Shown here: positions 47,599-63,878 of the stretch, one piece after another
Layout: each line of letters opens with the position of its first letter
Numbering within the stretch: position 1 is the first letter of the stretch
Position numbers and translations under genes: made by a program
Assembly (NCBI GenBank): GCA_038231275.1
Contig: JBBRLQ010000008.1
Coordinates: 128,001-192,000, forward strand
DNA length: 64,000 nt
From: Polyangiales bacterium
GTDB lineage: Bacteria; Myxococcota_A; Polyangia; Polyangiales; Polyangiaceae
Reading direction: 5' to 3'
Notes under the pieces: model-generated
What the model saw: only the letters and a program-made list of their open reading frames with translations
Told to the model about the DNA's origin: nothing
The model's database searches: none

Positions 47599-50500
47599 AT
47601 GAAGATCAAGAAGCTCGAGCTCGTCGGATTCAAGTCGTTCGTCGACAAGACCGTCATCCACTTCGATCACGACGTGCTCGGCATCGTCGGTCCGAACGGG
47701 TGCGGCAAGTCGAACATCGTCGACGCGATCCGGTGGTGCATGGGCGAGCAGAGCGCGAAGCACCTGCGCGGCCGCAGCATGGAGGACGTCATCTTCAGCG
47801 GCTCCGACACGCGCGCCGGCAACGAGTTCGCCGAGGTCACGCTCACCTTCGAGAACGACACCGGCGACGTCCCCGTGGAGTACCGCGACTACCCGGAGAT
47901 CGCCGTGACCCGCCGCCTGAACCGCAGCGGCGACAGCGACTACCTGATCAACAAGACCCCGGTCCGCCTCAAAGACGTGACCGATCTCTTCCTCGGCACC
48001 GGCGCCGGCACCAAGGCCTACTCGATCGTCGAGCAGGGCAAGATCGGCCTCATCGTCACCGCCAAGCCGGAGGACCGGCGCCTGCTCATCGAGGAGGCCG
48101 CCGGTATCACCAAGTTCAAGAGCAAGAAGAAACAGGCCGAGCGCAAGATGGAGATGACGACGCAGAACCTCCTGCGCGTTGGCGACATCATCGCGGAGAT
48201 CGAGCGGAACCTCGGCTCGCTCAAGCGCCAGGCCGCGAAGGCCGAGCGCTACGTCTCGTACCGGAGCGAGCTGGAAGACTTGCAGCTCCACGAGGCGTCG
48301 CACCGCTACCTCGAGCTCATCGGGTGGACGAAGCTCTACGACGGCGAGGTCGGCCGGCTCACGATGGAGAGCGATCAGGCGAGGAGCGATCTCGCCGCGC
48401 GTGAGGCAGAGCTCGAGACGGTGCGCCTCGACGCGCACGTCGCGGAGGATGCGCTCGAGCAGGCGCAGAACGCGCACTTCGGCGCCGAGAACGAGGTCCG
48501 CGCCGAAGAGGCCCAGCTCGCGCGCGCGCAGGACAAAATCCAGGCGATTCGCGTGCGCGAAGAGGCCGCGACCCTCGAAGTGCGCGAGATCGAGGAGCAG
48601 CGTCGGGTCCTCGTCGCCGAGCAAGAGGGCGTGCGCGGGCAGGTCGTCATCCTCGAAGAGGACGAGGCGCACCAGGCCGAGTCGCAGGCGGCGTGCGAGG
48701 CGCGCTTCAGCGAGCTGCACGGCGAGCACGAGCGGGCGAGCCAGCACGCGTTCGAACTCCGTCAGGCGCTCGGCAAGGCGAACAGCGACATCGCGGCGTG
48801 CGAGGCGAAGCTCGCGGGCTTCGAGCGCCGGCGCAACGAGATGCAGACCCGCCTCGAGAAGCTCGAGGCCGAGCGCGAGGATCTCGTCACCGGCGAGATC
48901 GAGCTCGTCGCCAAGGGCGAGCAGCTCGGACGCGACGTGGAGGATCTCCGCGCCGGCAAGGTAATGAGCGCCGAGGAGAAGCAGCGCCTCGAGGAGATGC
49001 TCGGCGTCCTCCGCGTCGAGATCCTCGCGAGCGAGAAGGCGCTCGACGAGGCCAAGGGGGAGCTGACGCGCAAGCGCTCGCGCCTCCACGCGCTCTCCGA
49101 GATGCAGGCACGCCTCGAGGGCGTCGGAGTGGGCGTCAAGGCGCTCGTCGCCACCAAGGACGACACGCTGTGCGGCCTCGTCGCCGATCGCGTCGAGGCG
49201 CCGCAGCACCTGACGCCCGCGCTCGCGGGTCTGCTCGGCGCGCGGCTCCAGGACGTCGTCGTCAAGGATCTCGATCGCGGGCTCGATCTGCTCGATCGCC
49301 TCGCCGTCGAGAAGCGCGGGCGCGCGGCGGTGATCCCGCTCCACCCGCACTACGTCGCCGGCAAGCACGGCGTCCTCCCCTCCCTCGAGGGCGTGGTCTG
49401 CAAGCTCGTCGAGCACCTCCGCTACGCGCCGGAGGACGAGTCGCTCGTCCACGCGCTCGTCGGCGACGCGATCGTCGTGCGCGACGTGCACACGGCGCGT
49501 GAAGTGCGCGCGGTCCTCCACGACGCGTGCATCGTGACGCTCGACGGCACCGTCCTCTTCACCGACGGACGCATCGCGGGCGGCACCGGCGAGGAGCTCG
49601 CGGCAGGGATGCTGGAGAGCAAGCGTGAGACGCGCGAGCTCGGCGAGGAGGTCGAGCGGCTCGATCTGCTCGTCACGGAGCGCCTCGGCGTGCACCAGGC
49701 CCTACGCGGAAAGATCGCCGAGACGCAAGGCGCGCTCGATCACGCGCGCCAGGCCGCTCACCAGGGCGAGCTCGCGCTCGTGCACGCTGAGAAAGATCTG
49801 CGCTCCACCGAGGCGCAGCTCGAGGCCGTGCGAAAGCGCCTCGGCGCGCTCGCGGCGGAGTCGGAGGAGCTCGGCATGGCGCTGGGCGAGGCGGGCGCCG
49901 AGCGCGACGACGCGCAGCGCGTGCTCGACGAGGCGCGCGGCATCTTGTCGGAGGTGACCGGCAAGGTCGGTGAGGCGGAGTCGATCGCGAACGCGTGGCG
50001 CGAGCAGGTCGACGAGCAGCGCCAGCGCGTCGTGGAGCAGAAGGTCCACGTCGCCGGCACGCGCGAGAAGCTCACCGCCGCGCGCGGCACGCTCACGCGC
50101 CTCCAGCGCAGCACCGACGAGCTCGGCGAGCGCGCACGCCGCCTCGACGACGAGCTCGAGACCGGCGCACGCACCCTCGGGGAGACGGCGGCCCTCATGG
50201 TCGCGCACAAAGAGAAGCTCGGGCTCGCGCTCGACGCCGCGCACGCCGCCGAGGTCGTCCTCGCCGAGACGCGCACCACGTTCGACAAGCACCGCACCGA
50301 CCTCTCCGAGCGCGAGGCCGGCCTCAAGGATCTGCGTACGCGCGCCGAAGAGGCCCGCGAGGCGCTCACCGCGAACGAGATGGCGCTGCGCGAGAAGACG
50401 ATCGCCCTCCAGCACCTCCTCGAAACCGTCGCCGAGCGCTTCCGCGGCCTCCGCCTCGCGCGCGTCGTCGGCGACTACCACCTCCGCCAGGCCCCGGACG

Positions 50501-51228
50501 ACGCGCTGAAGAGCCGCATCCACGAGCTCGCCCAGCTCATCGAGCGCATGGGCAGCGTCAACCTCGACGCGATGCGCGAGCACGAGGAGGCCGAGAAGCG
50601 CTACGCCTTCTACACCGAGCAGAAGGCCGATCTCGACAAGGCGCTCGCGGACCTGACGCGCGCCATCCAGCAGATGAACAAGGAGTCGAAGAAGCTCTTC
50701 GAGGAGACCTTCGAGCAGGTCAACCTCAAGTTCCAGGAGATCTTCCCACGCATGTTCCGCGGCGGGCGCGCGTCGCTCCGCCTCACGAACCCCGAGGACA
50801 TGCTGGAGACCGGCATCGACATCCTCGCCCAGCCGCCTGGCAAGAAGCTCAGCTCGATCGAGCTCATGAGCGGCGGTGAGAAGGCGCTCACCGCGGTCAG
50901 CCTCATCTTCGCCATCTTCCAGATCAAGCCCTCGCCGTTCTGCATCCTGGACGAGGTCGACGCCCCGCTCGACGAGGCGAATGTTGCAAGATACAACGAG
51001 TTGGTACGGTCGATGACCGATCGCTCGCAGTTCATCCTCATCACGCACATCAAGCGCACCATGCAGATGGTCGACGTGCTCTACGGCGTAACGATGCAGG
51101 AGTCGGGCGTGTCGCGTCTCGTCAGCGTGAAGCTGAACGAGGCGGCGGAGAAGAGGAAGCCGGCCCCCGCGATCGCCGCGCCGCCCCCGCCCGTCGAGGC
51201 CGCCGAGGCCGAGGTCGCGGTCGCCTGA
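47599..51228 (+). CDS. smc: Chromosome segregation protein SMC
   Basis: GFKSF, GPNGCGKSNIVDA, coiled coils and hinge, MSGGEK, ILDEVDAPLD and FILITH motifs. Confidence 0.96.
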   Translation: MKIKKLELVGFKSFVDKTVIHFDHDVLGIVGPNGCGKSNIVDAIRWCMGEQSAKHLRGRSMEDVIFSGSDTRAGNEFAEVTLTFENDTGDVPVEYRDYPEIAVTRRLNRSGDSDYLINKTPVRLKDVTDLFLGTGAGTKAYSIVEQGKIGLIVTAKPEDRRLLIEEAAGITKFKSKKKQAERKMEMTTQNLLRVGDIIAEIERNLGSLKRQAAKAERYVSYRSELEDLQLHEASHRYLELIGWTKLYDGEVGRLTMESDQARSDLAAREAELETVRLDAHVAEDALEQAQNAHFGAENEVRAEEAQLARAQDKIQAIRVREEAATLEVREIEEQRRVLVAEQEGVRGQVVILEEDEAHQAESQAACEARFSELHGEHERASQHAFELRQALGKANSDIAACEAKLAGFERRRNEMQTRLEKLEAEREDLVTGEIELVAKGEQLGRDVEDLRAGKVMSAEEKQRLEEMLGVLRVEILASEKALDEAKGELTRKRSRLHALSEMQARLEGVGVGVKALVATKDDTLCGLVADRVEAPQHLTPALAGLLGARLQDVVVKDLDRGLDLLDRLAVEKRGRAAVIPLHPHYVAGKHGVLPSLEGVVCKLVEHLRYAPEDESLVHALVGDAIVVRDVHTAREVRAVLHDACIVTLDGTVLFTDGRIAGGTGEELAAGMLESKRETRELGEEVERLDLLVTERLGVHQALRGKIAETQGALDHARQAAHQGELALVHAEKDLRSTEAQLEAVRKRLGALAAESEELGMALGEAGAERDDAQRVLDEARGILSEVTGKVGEAESIANAWREQVDEQRQRVVEQKVHVAGTREKLTAARGTLTRLQRSTDELGERARRLDDELETGARTLGETAALMVAHKEKLGLALDAAHAAEVVLAETRTTFDKHRTDLSEREAGLKDLRTRAEEAREALTANEMALREKTIALQHLLETVAERFRGLRLARVVGDYHLRQAPDDALKSRIHELAQLIERMGSVNLDAMREHEEAEKRYAFYTEQKADLDKALADLTRAIQQMNKESKKLFEETFEQVNLKFQEIFPRMFRGGRASLRLTNPEDMLETGIDILAQPPGKKLSSIELMSGGEKALTAVSLIFAIFQIKPSPFCILDEVDAPLDEANVARYNELVRSMTDRSQFILITHIKRTMQMVDVLYGVTMQESGVSRLVSVKLNEAAEKRKPAPAIAAPPPPVEAAEAEVAVA

Positions 51229-51257
51229 GCGCTCGCCACGAGAGGGCCGCGCTGCCG

Positions 51258-51743
51258 TTGGCGCTCATTTTGCTGGCGGGATGCGGCACGGAGCGCGTCT
51301 ACTTCCACGTTCGCGATCCCGCGCGAGTCACGCTGGAGGCGGACACGCCGGAGGGCACCGTCGTCATCCTCGGAGCGGGCGCGACGCAGGAGACGCGCGG
51401 CTTTCGCAGCGTGACGTTGCCGTACACCGAGGGGACGAACCCGATCTCCCCCGCATCGGCGGAGCGGATCGCCGGGGGCGCGATTGCGGTCTTCGGCAAG
51501 GAGATCCTCTCGCGCCGCGGTGAGCTGAAGGCGGCGAGGCGCTACGGGGACGCATGCTCGCTGCCGGGCGCCGCGACCAGCGATGCGCCGGTCGTCTCGG
51601 CCGAGAGCGTGCGGATCCGCTTTTGCACTGCGCCGTGGAAACGTCCCTGCGTCAGCGTCACGCTGGTCACGCCGCGCGACAACGTCGTTGAGCTCGTCGG
51701 ACCCACGCGCAGTGTGCCGTCGGCGACGTTCTGCACGCCATGA
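51258..51743 (+). CDS. Hypothetical lipoprotein (start uncertain)
   Basis: LLAGC lipobox; Cys-containing 161 aa ORF. Confidence 0.5.
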   Translation: MALILLAGCGTERVYFHVRDPARVTLEADTPEGTVVILGAGATQETRGFRSVTLPYTEGTNPISPASAERIAGGAIAVFGKEILSRRGELKAARRYGDACSLPGAATSDAPVVSAESVRIRFCTAPWKRPCVSVTLVTPRDNVVELVGPTRSVPSATFCTP

Positions 51744-51762
51744 GGCATGGTAGCTTGAACGT

Positions 51763-52995
51763 GTGATCGCACGTGCGCGCGCCGCCGCGCTCCTCGCCGC
51801 GTTCGGCGCGGTGGGGGGATGCGGAGCGCTCCTGAACCTCTCCGATGTCGGCTACGGGGACGCCGATGGAGGCCTCGACGGCTCCACCGCGGACACGCCA
51901 CGCGCCGACGCGACGTTCGCCGACGGAGAGGGCGCGGACGCCGCCGCGAGCGACGTGGCGCGGCTCGACGGCGCCTGCGCGACACCTCCCGATCTGTCCG
52001 CCGACTGCGGCGCTGGCCTCCTTCGCTGCGAGCCGGCCGGCGACTGCGTGTACTCGGCCGCGACCGATCGCAACCATTGCGGCGTCTGCGAGCGCGCGTG
52101 CGACGGTACGTGCGCCAAAGGGACGTGCGCGCAGATTCCGATCGCGGGCAGCGGCGGCGCGGTGGCAAATATTCGCGCCGTCGCGCTCGACGCCGTCTGG
52201 GGCTACTGGCTCGTGGACGGTCAGGCCTACCGGCAGGCCGTCGACGCCGGCGGCGCATCCGACGCGATCACCGGCCAGTACGCCGGGCTCTGGGATCTCG
52301 TCGTCGACACCGACGGCCGCTTCTACCACGTGAGCACAGGGGGCTTCGAGCGCAGCGGCGGTGGCGGAGGCGCAGAGCACCTCCGCGACATCGCAGGGTC
52401 TCCCGGTGCGCGTCTCGTCCTCGACGACGCGCGCGCGTATTGGACCGAGGGCGTCGACGGCGGCGGCGACATCGGCTCGGCGCTCAAGGACGGTGGAGGC
52501 TACGTGTCGTTGGCCTCGGGACAGGTCGCGCCGGACGACATCGTCCTGGTTCACCCCGGTCAGGTCGTCTTCGCGAGCCGCGCCGCGGGCACGATCCAGG
52601 TCGCGGATCTCGCGTTGCCCGGCAGCCCTACGACACGCATCCAATCGCTCGTCCGGCTGCGCGCGGTCGTCGGGCGCGACGGCTGGGGCTACTACCTCGC
52701 CGGCGCCGATGACGGCGGCACCGATTTCGAGATCTGGCGCTTCGATCTCACGACGTTTGCCCGCTCCAAGATCGCGGGCGGCCTCGACGACGCCGACAAC
52801 CTCGCGGTCGACGACACGTTCGTCTACGCCTCGACCCGCCTGGACGGCGGCTTCGCGATCTACCGGGTCCCGAAGTGCGGCGGCGCGCCCTCGCTCGTCA
52901 CAGGTGGCGTGACCTTCGCGCCGAGCGGCGTCGTGGTCTCGAGCAAGCACCTCGCGTGGGTCGACGGCACCACGCTCGTTCAGACCACGAAATAA
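51763..52995 (+). CDS. Lipoprotein with Cys-rich repeat and beta-propeller-like repeats
   Basis: VGGC lipobox, D.NHCGVC..AC repeat and LAVD...Y units; architecture like 21606-23006. Confidence 0.7.
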   Translation: MIARARAAALLAAFGAVGGCGALLNLSDVGYGDADGGLDGSTADTPRADATFADGEGADAAASDVARLDGACATPPDLSADCGAGLLRCEPAGDCVYSAATDRNHCGVCERACDGTCAKGTCAQIPIAGSGGAVANIRAVALDAVWGYWLVDGQAYRQAVDAGGASDAITGQYAGLWDLVVDTDGRFYHVSTGGFERSGGGGGAEHLRDIAGSPGARLVLDDARAYWTEGVDGGGDIGSALKDGGGYVSLASGQVAPDDIVLVHPGQVVFASRAAGTIQVADLALPGSPTTRIQSLVRLRAVVGRDGWGYYLAGADDGGTDFEIWRFDLTTFARSKIAGGLDDADNLAVDDTFVYASTRLDGGFAIYRVPKCGGAPSLVTGGVTFAPSGVVVSSKHLAWVDGTTLVQTTK

Positions 52996-53020
52996 TTGGA
53001 AGGCACCGGGTCGCCGAAGA

Positions 53021-54125
53021 TCACGACGACGGCGCGAGGACGATGCGGTCGCGCCCTTGACGCTTCGCCTCGTACATCGCGAGATCGGCGCGGAGCTCCA
53101 GGCCCTCCGCGGTCTCCTTGCCGTCCCAGTTGGCGACGCCGATACTCGCGGTCTGCACCACCTTCACCCCGGGCGCGACCTCGAAGGGATCGGCGTCGAG
53201 CGCCTCCTTGATGCGCGCGGCGGTGGCGAGGCCCTGCTGGTCGTCGCTGACCGCCGGCATGATGAGCACGAACTCCTCGCCGCCGCGCCGGATGAGGACG
53301 TCCGGTTTCCGGACCTTCGCGCGCACGCGATCGGCGAAGAGGCGCAGGATGCGATCGCCGAACGCGTGGCCGTGCGCGTCGTTCACCTGCTTGAAGTGAT
53401 CGAGGTCCAGGAGAAGGATGCACACCGACCCCTTCGACCTTCGCGCGCGCTCGATCTCTTCGTTGAGGCGCGGCACCAGGTACCGGTGGTTGTACGCGAG
53501 CGTCATGTCGTCGTAGAGGGCGAGGCGCTTGAGGCGCGCGCGCTCGACGGGCGGCACCGAGCAGTTCGCGAGCAGCCGCACGAGGAGCTGCTGGTACGGC
53601 CCGAACGCGTTCGCTTGCGGCGACGAGACGCTGATGACGCCAATGACCTCCCCGCTCGACCACATCGGCTCTGCCACCATCGAGGTGAGGACGAAGCCCT
53701 GGCCGCTCAAGACGACGAAGCGATCGTCGGTGTTCACGTCGTCGATGAGCGCGCCTTCGCCGTTCTCGACGACCCAACCGATGATCCCCTCGCCGCTCTT
53801 GAAGGCCAGCGGTCTCTCCCCCTGTGCGCTGCCCGACCGCGCGCCCGCAAGGAGCGACTGCCGAGAGCCGTCGAGGAGCCTTATCGACGCGTGATCGGCG
53901 CCCACGAGGTGCACCGCCGCTTGGGTGACGAGCTGAAGCGACTCCTCGAGGGGGCGCTCGATGGTCAGCTCCTTCGTCAGATCGAGGAGCACCTCGATCA
54001 TGCGACGCGGGTCGGTGGAGATGGGAGGGATCGCCAAGAGGACCTGGTGATGTTTACTCTGCCGCGACTCGCGCGTGTGCGCCAAAATCACGGGCGCCGA
54101 GGGGGCGGCGCCGGCGGCGGACCGG

Positions 54126-54139
<14 letters not shown>
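53021..54139 (-). CDS. GAF-GGDEF diguanylate cyclase
   Basis: GAF domain, DLDHFKQVND.HGH, RxxD I-site (RKPD) and GGEEF. Start is 54139 or about 54002. Confidence 0.9.
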
Positions 54140-57321
<3,182 letters not shown>

Positions 57322-57323
<2 letters not shown>

Positions 57324-57347
57324 ATACTGAACATAGTATCAGTATAT
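57322..57347. promoter_or_regulatory. LexA (SOS) box at the dnaE2 start
   Basis: Palindrome ATATACTG-N10-CAGTATAT; the minus strand reads CTGATACTATGTTCAG, containing the GTTCAG core of the myxobacterial LexA box. Confidence 0.75.
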
Positions 57348-57611
57348 ACCTGGCTGGCAAGGACCCTGCTCTTGCCGGCTTTCAAGTGCTCGCTGACGGC
57401 GAGCACCATTGTCACGCTGTCGTTCAGCTACGCCAGCGAGCGACCGCGGACAAGACCGCCACGAAGCCCACCCGCGTCCTTCGTTCGATTTCTGCTCAGT
57501 TGATGCGCGGCACAGCCTGCGCGACGCGGAACGTGCGCCCCTTGTAGCGGAGTCGACTTGTCGCCGGGAGTTGCACTACGTTCAGTGGGCCGTCGCGGCG
57601 GTGGAGCCCCC

Positions 57612-58655
57612 ATGATCGAGCGCCTCGATATTGAAAACTACGGCTGCATTCGGAAGGCCTCGATTGGGCTGACACCGCTGCACGCCTTCATTGGACCGAA
57701 CGACAGCGGCAAGAGCACGATCCTCCACGCGGTGCAGCTGATTGGGACATCGCTCGTCAACCCCGACACTGCGCGGGCCGCAGAGCTGGCGCTCCAGAAA
57801 AGCGCGGAGCGTGGCATGTCGGCCGTAACGGCATTCTCCGCTGACGGCTACATGCGTCGACAAACCGGCGCGCAGCCGATCATCGAAATGGCGTTCGGAA
57901 CGCCCTCGGCAAAGGTGACTCCCCTCACCCATGGGAGCTATAACGCCCGACATCTAGCCAGTGTCCCGAGCCATAGGTCAATAGCGCATGCCCTGGCCGG
58001 CGCCCACCTCGTGCGTTTCGAACCGGACAAGCTGCGATCGCCGACTCGGCTCTTGTCGGACTTCGAGCCCGTCGGCTTCTTCGACGAGAAAGGCGAAGGG
58101 CTCGCCGCTGTCTACGACGCGCTCGTCAACCGGGACGTTCAATCGTTTCTGAAGATCACGGAAGCGGTAAAGAAGCTCTTCCCGCACGTGAAGTCCGTTC
58201 GGCTGAAGAACCCCGATCATCAAACAAAGGCCATGGCGATCGAGCTCGCGAACGGCGAGGAGATTTCCGCAGAGCTGATGAGCGAGGGCTTGCTCTACTA
58301 CCTCGCGTTCGCCGTGCTTCCGTATATCCAGCCGTCCGCGGTCATCCTCGTGGAGGAGCCCGAAAATGGACTCCATCCTGCGCGCATCGCGGAGGTGATG
58401 GATACGCTCCGCGAAACTTCAAAGGCGACCCAGATCCTCATCGCGACCCACAGCCCGCTCGTCGTCAACGAGATGAAGCCCGAAGAGGTGTCGGTGGTCA
58501 CGCGCACTGTGGCCGCGGGCACCAAGGTGACACGGCTGAGCGACACTCCGAACTTCGCAGACCGGGCGAAGGTTTACGCCCCCGGCGAGCTTTGGATCAG
58601 CTACGCGAATGGAAGCGACGAGGCCCCGCTCCTCGACGGCACGGCACGCCCATGA
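57612..58655 (+). CDS. ABC-type ATPase (AAA_21/AAA_15-like)
   Basis: IENYGCI, Walker A GPNDSGKST, signature MSEG, Walker B VEEPENGLHP and H-loop ATHSP. Confidence 0.88.
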   Translation: MIERLDIENYGCIRKASIGLTPLHAFIGPNDSGKSTILHAVQLIGTSLVNPDTARAAELALQKSAERGMSAVTAFSADGYMRRQTGAQPIIEMAFGTPSAKVTPLTHGSYNARHLASVPSHRSIAHALAGAHLVRFEPDKLRSPTRLLSDFEPVGFFDEKGEGLAAVYDALVNRDVQSFLKITEAVKKLFPHVKSVRLKNPDHQTKAMAIELANGEEISAELMSEGLLYYLAFAVLPYIQPSAVILVEEPENGLHPARIAEVMDTLRETSKATQILIATHSPLVVNEMKPEEVSVVTRTVAAGTKVTRLSDTPNFADRAKVYAPGELWISYANGSDEAPLLDGTARP

Positions 58656-59272
58656 CCGAGGCATCGCTCTTTTTCGCCGGCGAAGGTCGGTGCGAGCTTG
58701 GGAGCTTCTCAGGGCACCCCGCTTACCAAGCGCCAGGAGAGCCGGGGGTGCTCGAGGCGCTGATTCGCAGGCACATACAAGCGACAGGCTGGCGGATCGC
58801 GGGCGCCGTCGAGTGGAAAAACATCCGAAAGCTCAACCCCAAAAACAAGGCGTCGCCCGAGGCGCGCAATGTTCTCGGCGCAGTGCTCGATGCGCGAGAG
58901 TCCGCGTGCGCAGCGCTCGTGTTCTCGCGCGACACTGACGGCGACGAGTTGCGAGCCATTGCGATTCAAGACGGGATCGCCATGGCAGAGAGTCTGTTTC
59001 CCGAGGTGAAAATCGTGGGCGGCGTTGCGCGTCAGAAGCTCGAAGCGTGGCTTCTCGCCTTGTTGAAGGTTCGGCGAACGGAGAGCATGACCTCTCCCGA
59101 GAAGGAGTTGGAGCTGAAGGGCGTGCCCTTGAAGAGTGTCCGGAAGATGGTTGAAGTCGTCGAGCTATCCGGCGCGCCAGCAGATGATGCTCGCTCATTG
59201 ATCGAGTGGCTGGAGCGCGCTTCTCGGTTCATTCCGCCGTTGTGCGCTGCGACCGGCGTTGAGTCGCAGTGA
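58652..59272 (+). CDS. TOPRIM-like (DUF4276/RloB-like) partner protein
   Basis: FAGEG..E, LVFSRDTD (DxD) and LEAWLL motifs; ATGA coupling to the ATPase. Confidence 0.65.
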   Translation: MTEASLFFAGEGRCELGSFSGHPAYQAPGEPGVLEALIRRHIQATGWRIAGAVEWKNIRKLNPKNKASPEARNVLGAVLDARESACAALVFSRDTDGDELRAIAIQDGIAMAESLFPEVKIVGGVARQKLEAWLLALLKVRRTESMTSPEKELELKGVPLKSVRKMVEVVELSGAPADDARSLIEWLERASRFIPPLCAATGVESQ

Positions 59273-59332
59273 CCGCGTTCGTCAAGTGACAGCTGTGGTC
59301 CGGCGAAGTAGAGCGCGCGCCGATGCGAGCTC

Positions 59333-59854
59333 TCACTGCCTCGTGTACGTCGTCTCGCGGTTCTTCTTTGCGTCGAACAAGGTGATCGTCGTCGGCGTCG
59401 CCGTGTAGGTCAGCGCCTTCGTTTCGCCGAGGGAGGTCGCCGGGCAGCGGAACGAGAGCGTGAGCGCGCTGCCGTCGACGTCGATCACGGCGGTAGCGGT
59501 GGTGTCGACGACGGCGTCGGTCTGGTGAACCACCATCATGCTCCCCGCGAGGATGAACGCGTCGCGTGACGTCCGCACGACCGCACCGGAACCGCCCGCG
59601 TAGAGCTTGCTCTCTGTCGCGTAGTACGCGCCGTCGACGAGCATCCCACCTGTCCCCGTCGGCATGGTCCCAATCGTCGCCCGGTCGGTGATCTGCGGCG
59701 CGCCGTTCGCGAACGTCGTGCACGCGACGCTGGCGCCGCCGTCGGATCCGTCGTCGGCGCGGGTCGGCGAGGCCGTGGAGAGGGCGCAGCCCCCGGACGA
59801 TAAGACGAGGGACGCGAGGATTCGAAGGGCGTCGACCGTGTCGAGCTTGTTCAT
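59333..59854 (-). CDS. Hypothetical lipoprotein
   Basis: Hydrophobic stretch ending SGGC; beta-rich body. Confidence 0.6.
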   Translation of the reverse strand: MNKLDTVDALRILASLVLSSGGCALSTASPTRADDGSDGGASVACTTFANGAPQITDRATIGTMPTGTGGMLVDGAYYATESKLYAGGSGAVVRTSRDAFILAGSMMVVHQTDAVVDTTATAVIDVDGSALTLSFRCPATSLGETKALTYTATPTTITLFDAKKNRETTYTRQ

Positions 59855-60011
59855 GAGGAGGGCGATCGCGAGAAGCATGCCGTGCCCTCCCCCATTTCCG
59901 ACGCGCGCAAGTCTGCCATTTCTCGCGCGATCATGGACGAGTGCCCGATCCTTCGGACACCACTGTCCGGCACGGCGGACGCGCGCGGCCGTTGGCGTAT
60001 GCTCTCGCGCG

Positions 60012-60863
60012 ATGGAGTCTCCTCTCGTGTTTCCTCTCGTCTCGCCCGAACAGCTGCGCGATCGCGTCGCCAAGATCGTCCTCCTCGACGCGCGGCCAGG
60101 GCCCGACGCCTACGCCGCGGGGCATCTCGTAGGCGCGATCCACGCCGATCTCGATCGCGATCTCTCCACCGCGAAGCGCGAGGGCCACGATCCTGCCCGC
60201 GGCGGTCGACACCCGCTGCCTACGGCGGCGGACTTCGCGCGGCAGCTCGGGGCGTGGGGCATTCGCGAAGACGACGACGTCGTCGTGTACGACGGGGCTG
60301 GCGGCGCCAACGCGGCCACGCGGCTGTGGTGGATGCTCCGGTCGCTTGGGCACGCGCGCGTGCAAGTCCTCGACGGCGGCTTCGCGGCCGCGCTGGCCGC
60401 GGGTCTCGCGCAGGAGCAGGCCGCGCCGAAGATCACGAAGGCTCCGGATCATCCGCAGCACGGTTGGACGTGGCCCACCGCCGACGCCGACGCCATCGAG
60501 GCCCGGCGCACGTCGAACGCGGCGACCGTGCTCGACGTCCGAAGCGGCGAGCGATTCCGCGGCGAGACCGAACCGTTCGATCCGATCGCCGGCCACATCC
60601 CTGGCGCGAAGAACCTCCCGTTCGCAGAGAACCTCGGCAAGGACGGGCGCTTCAAGTCCCCCGCCGAGCTACGTGCCATGTACGAAGGCCTCCTCGCCGG
60701 CGCGGCGCCGTCGAGCCTGACGGTGCACTGCGGGAGCGGCGTCACCGCGTGCCACACGCTCCTCGCGCTCGAGATCGCCGGGCTCTCCGGCGCCGCGCTC
60801 TACGTCGGCAGCTGGAGCGAGTGGTGCCGGAGCACGCGCCCGCAGGCGAAGGGGCCGGCCTGA
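60012..60863 (+). CDS. Sulfurtransferase (double rhodanese, SseA-like)
   Basis: GRHPLP, GHIPGA, active-site CGSGVTAC and LYVGSWSEW motifs. Confidence 0.92.
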   Translation: MESPLVFPLVSPEQLRDRVAKIVLLDARPGPDAYAAGHLVGAIHADLDRDLSTAKREGHDPARGGRHPLPTAADFARQLGAWGIREDDDVVVYDGAGGANAATRLWWMLRSLGHARVQVLDGGFAAALAAGLAQEQAAPKITKAPDHPQHGWTWPTADADAIEARRTSNAATVLDVRSGERFRGETEPFDPIAGHIPGAKNLPFAENLGKDGRFKSPAELRAMYEGLLAGAAPSSLTVHCGSGVTACHTLLALEIAGLSGAALYVGSWSEWCRSTRPQAKGPA

Positions 60864-61043
60864 CGAGTTGAATGCGCGGGCGCGTTCGTGCGCTCGTCTT
60901 CATGGGGCACCGCCTCGCCGGAGCTGATCCACCTTTTCGCCGTCACGGTCGCGCTGCGCATGGACGCAGCGCATGCGGAATGCCGCGGGTGCGCGCTCCT
61001 TCGGGTTCCCCTTTTCATCGCCTGGTAATGGCGCTAGGTTCCT

Positions 61044-61070
61044 ATTCAAGAATAATTCCAAGATAAGAAT
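61044..61070. promoter_or_regulatory. Candidate Fur-family (FurA/PerR-like) operator
   Basis: AT-rich ATTCAAGAATAATTCCAAGATAAG with a GAAT-N-ATTC core just upstream of fur-katG. Confidence 0.5.
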
Positions 61071-61086
61071 GATGCGTAACTCGGAA

Positions 61087-63878
<2,792 letters not shown>

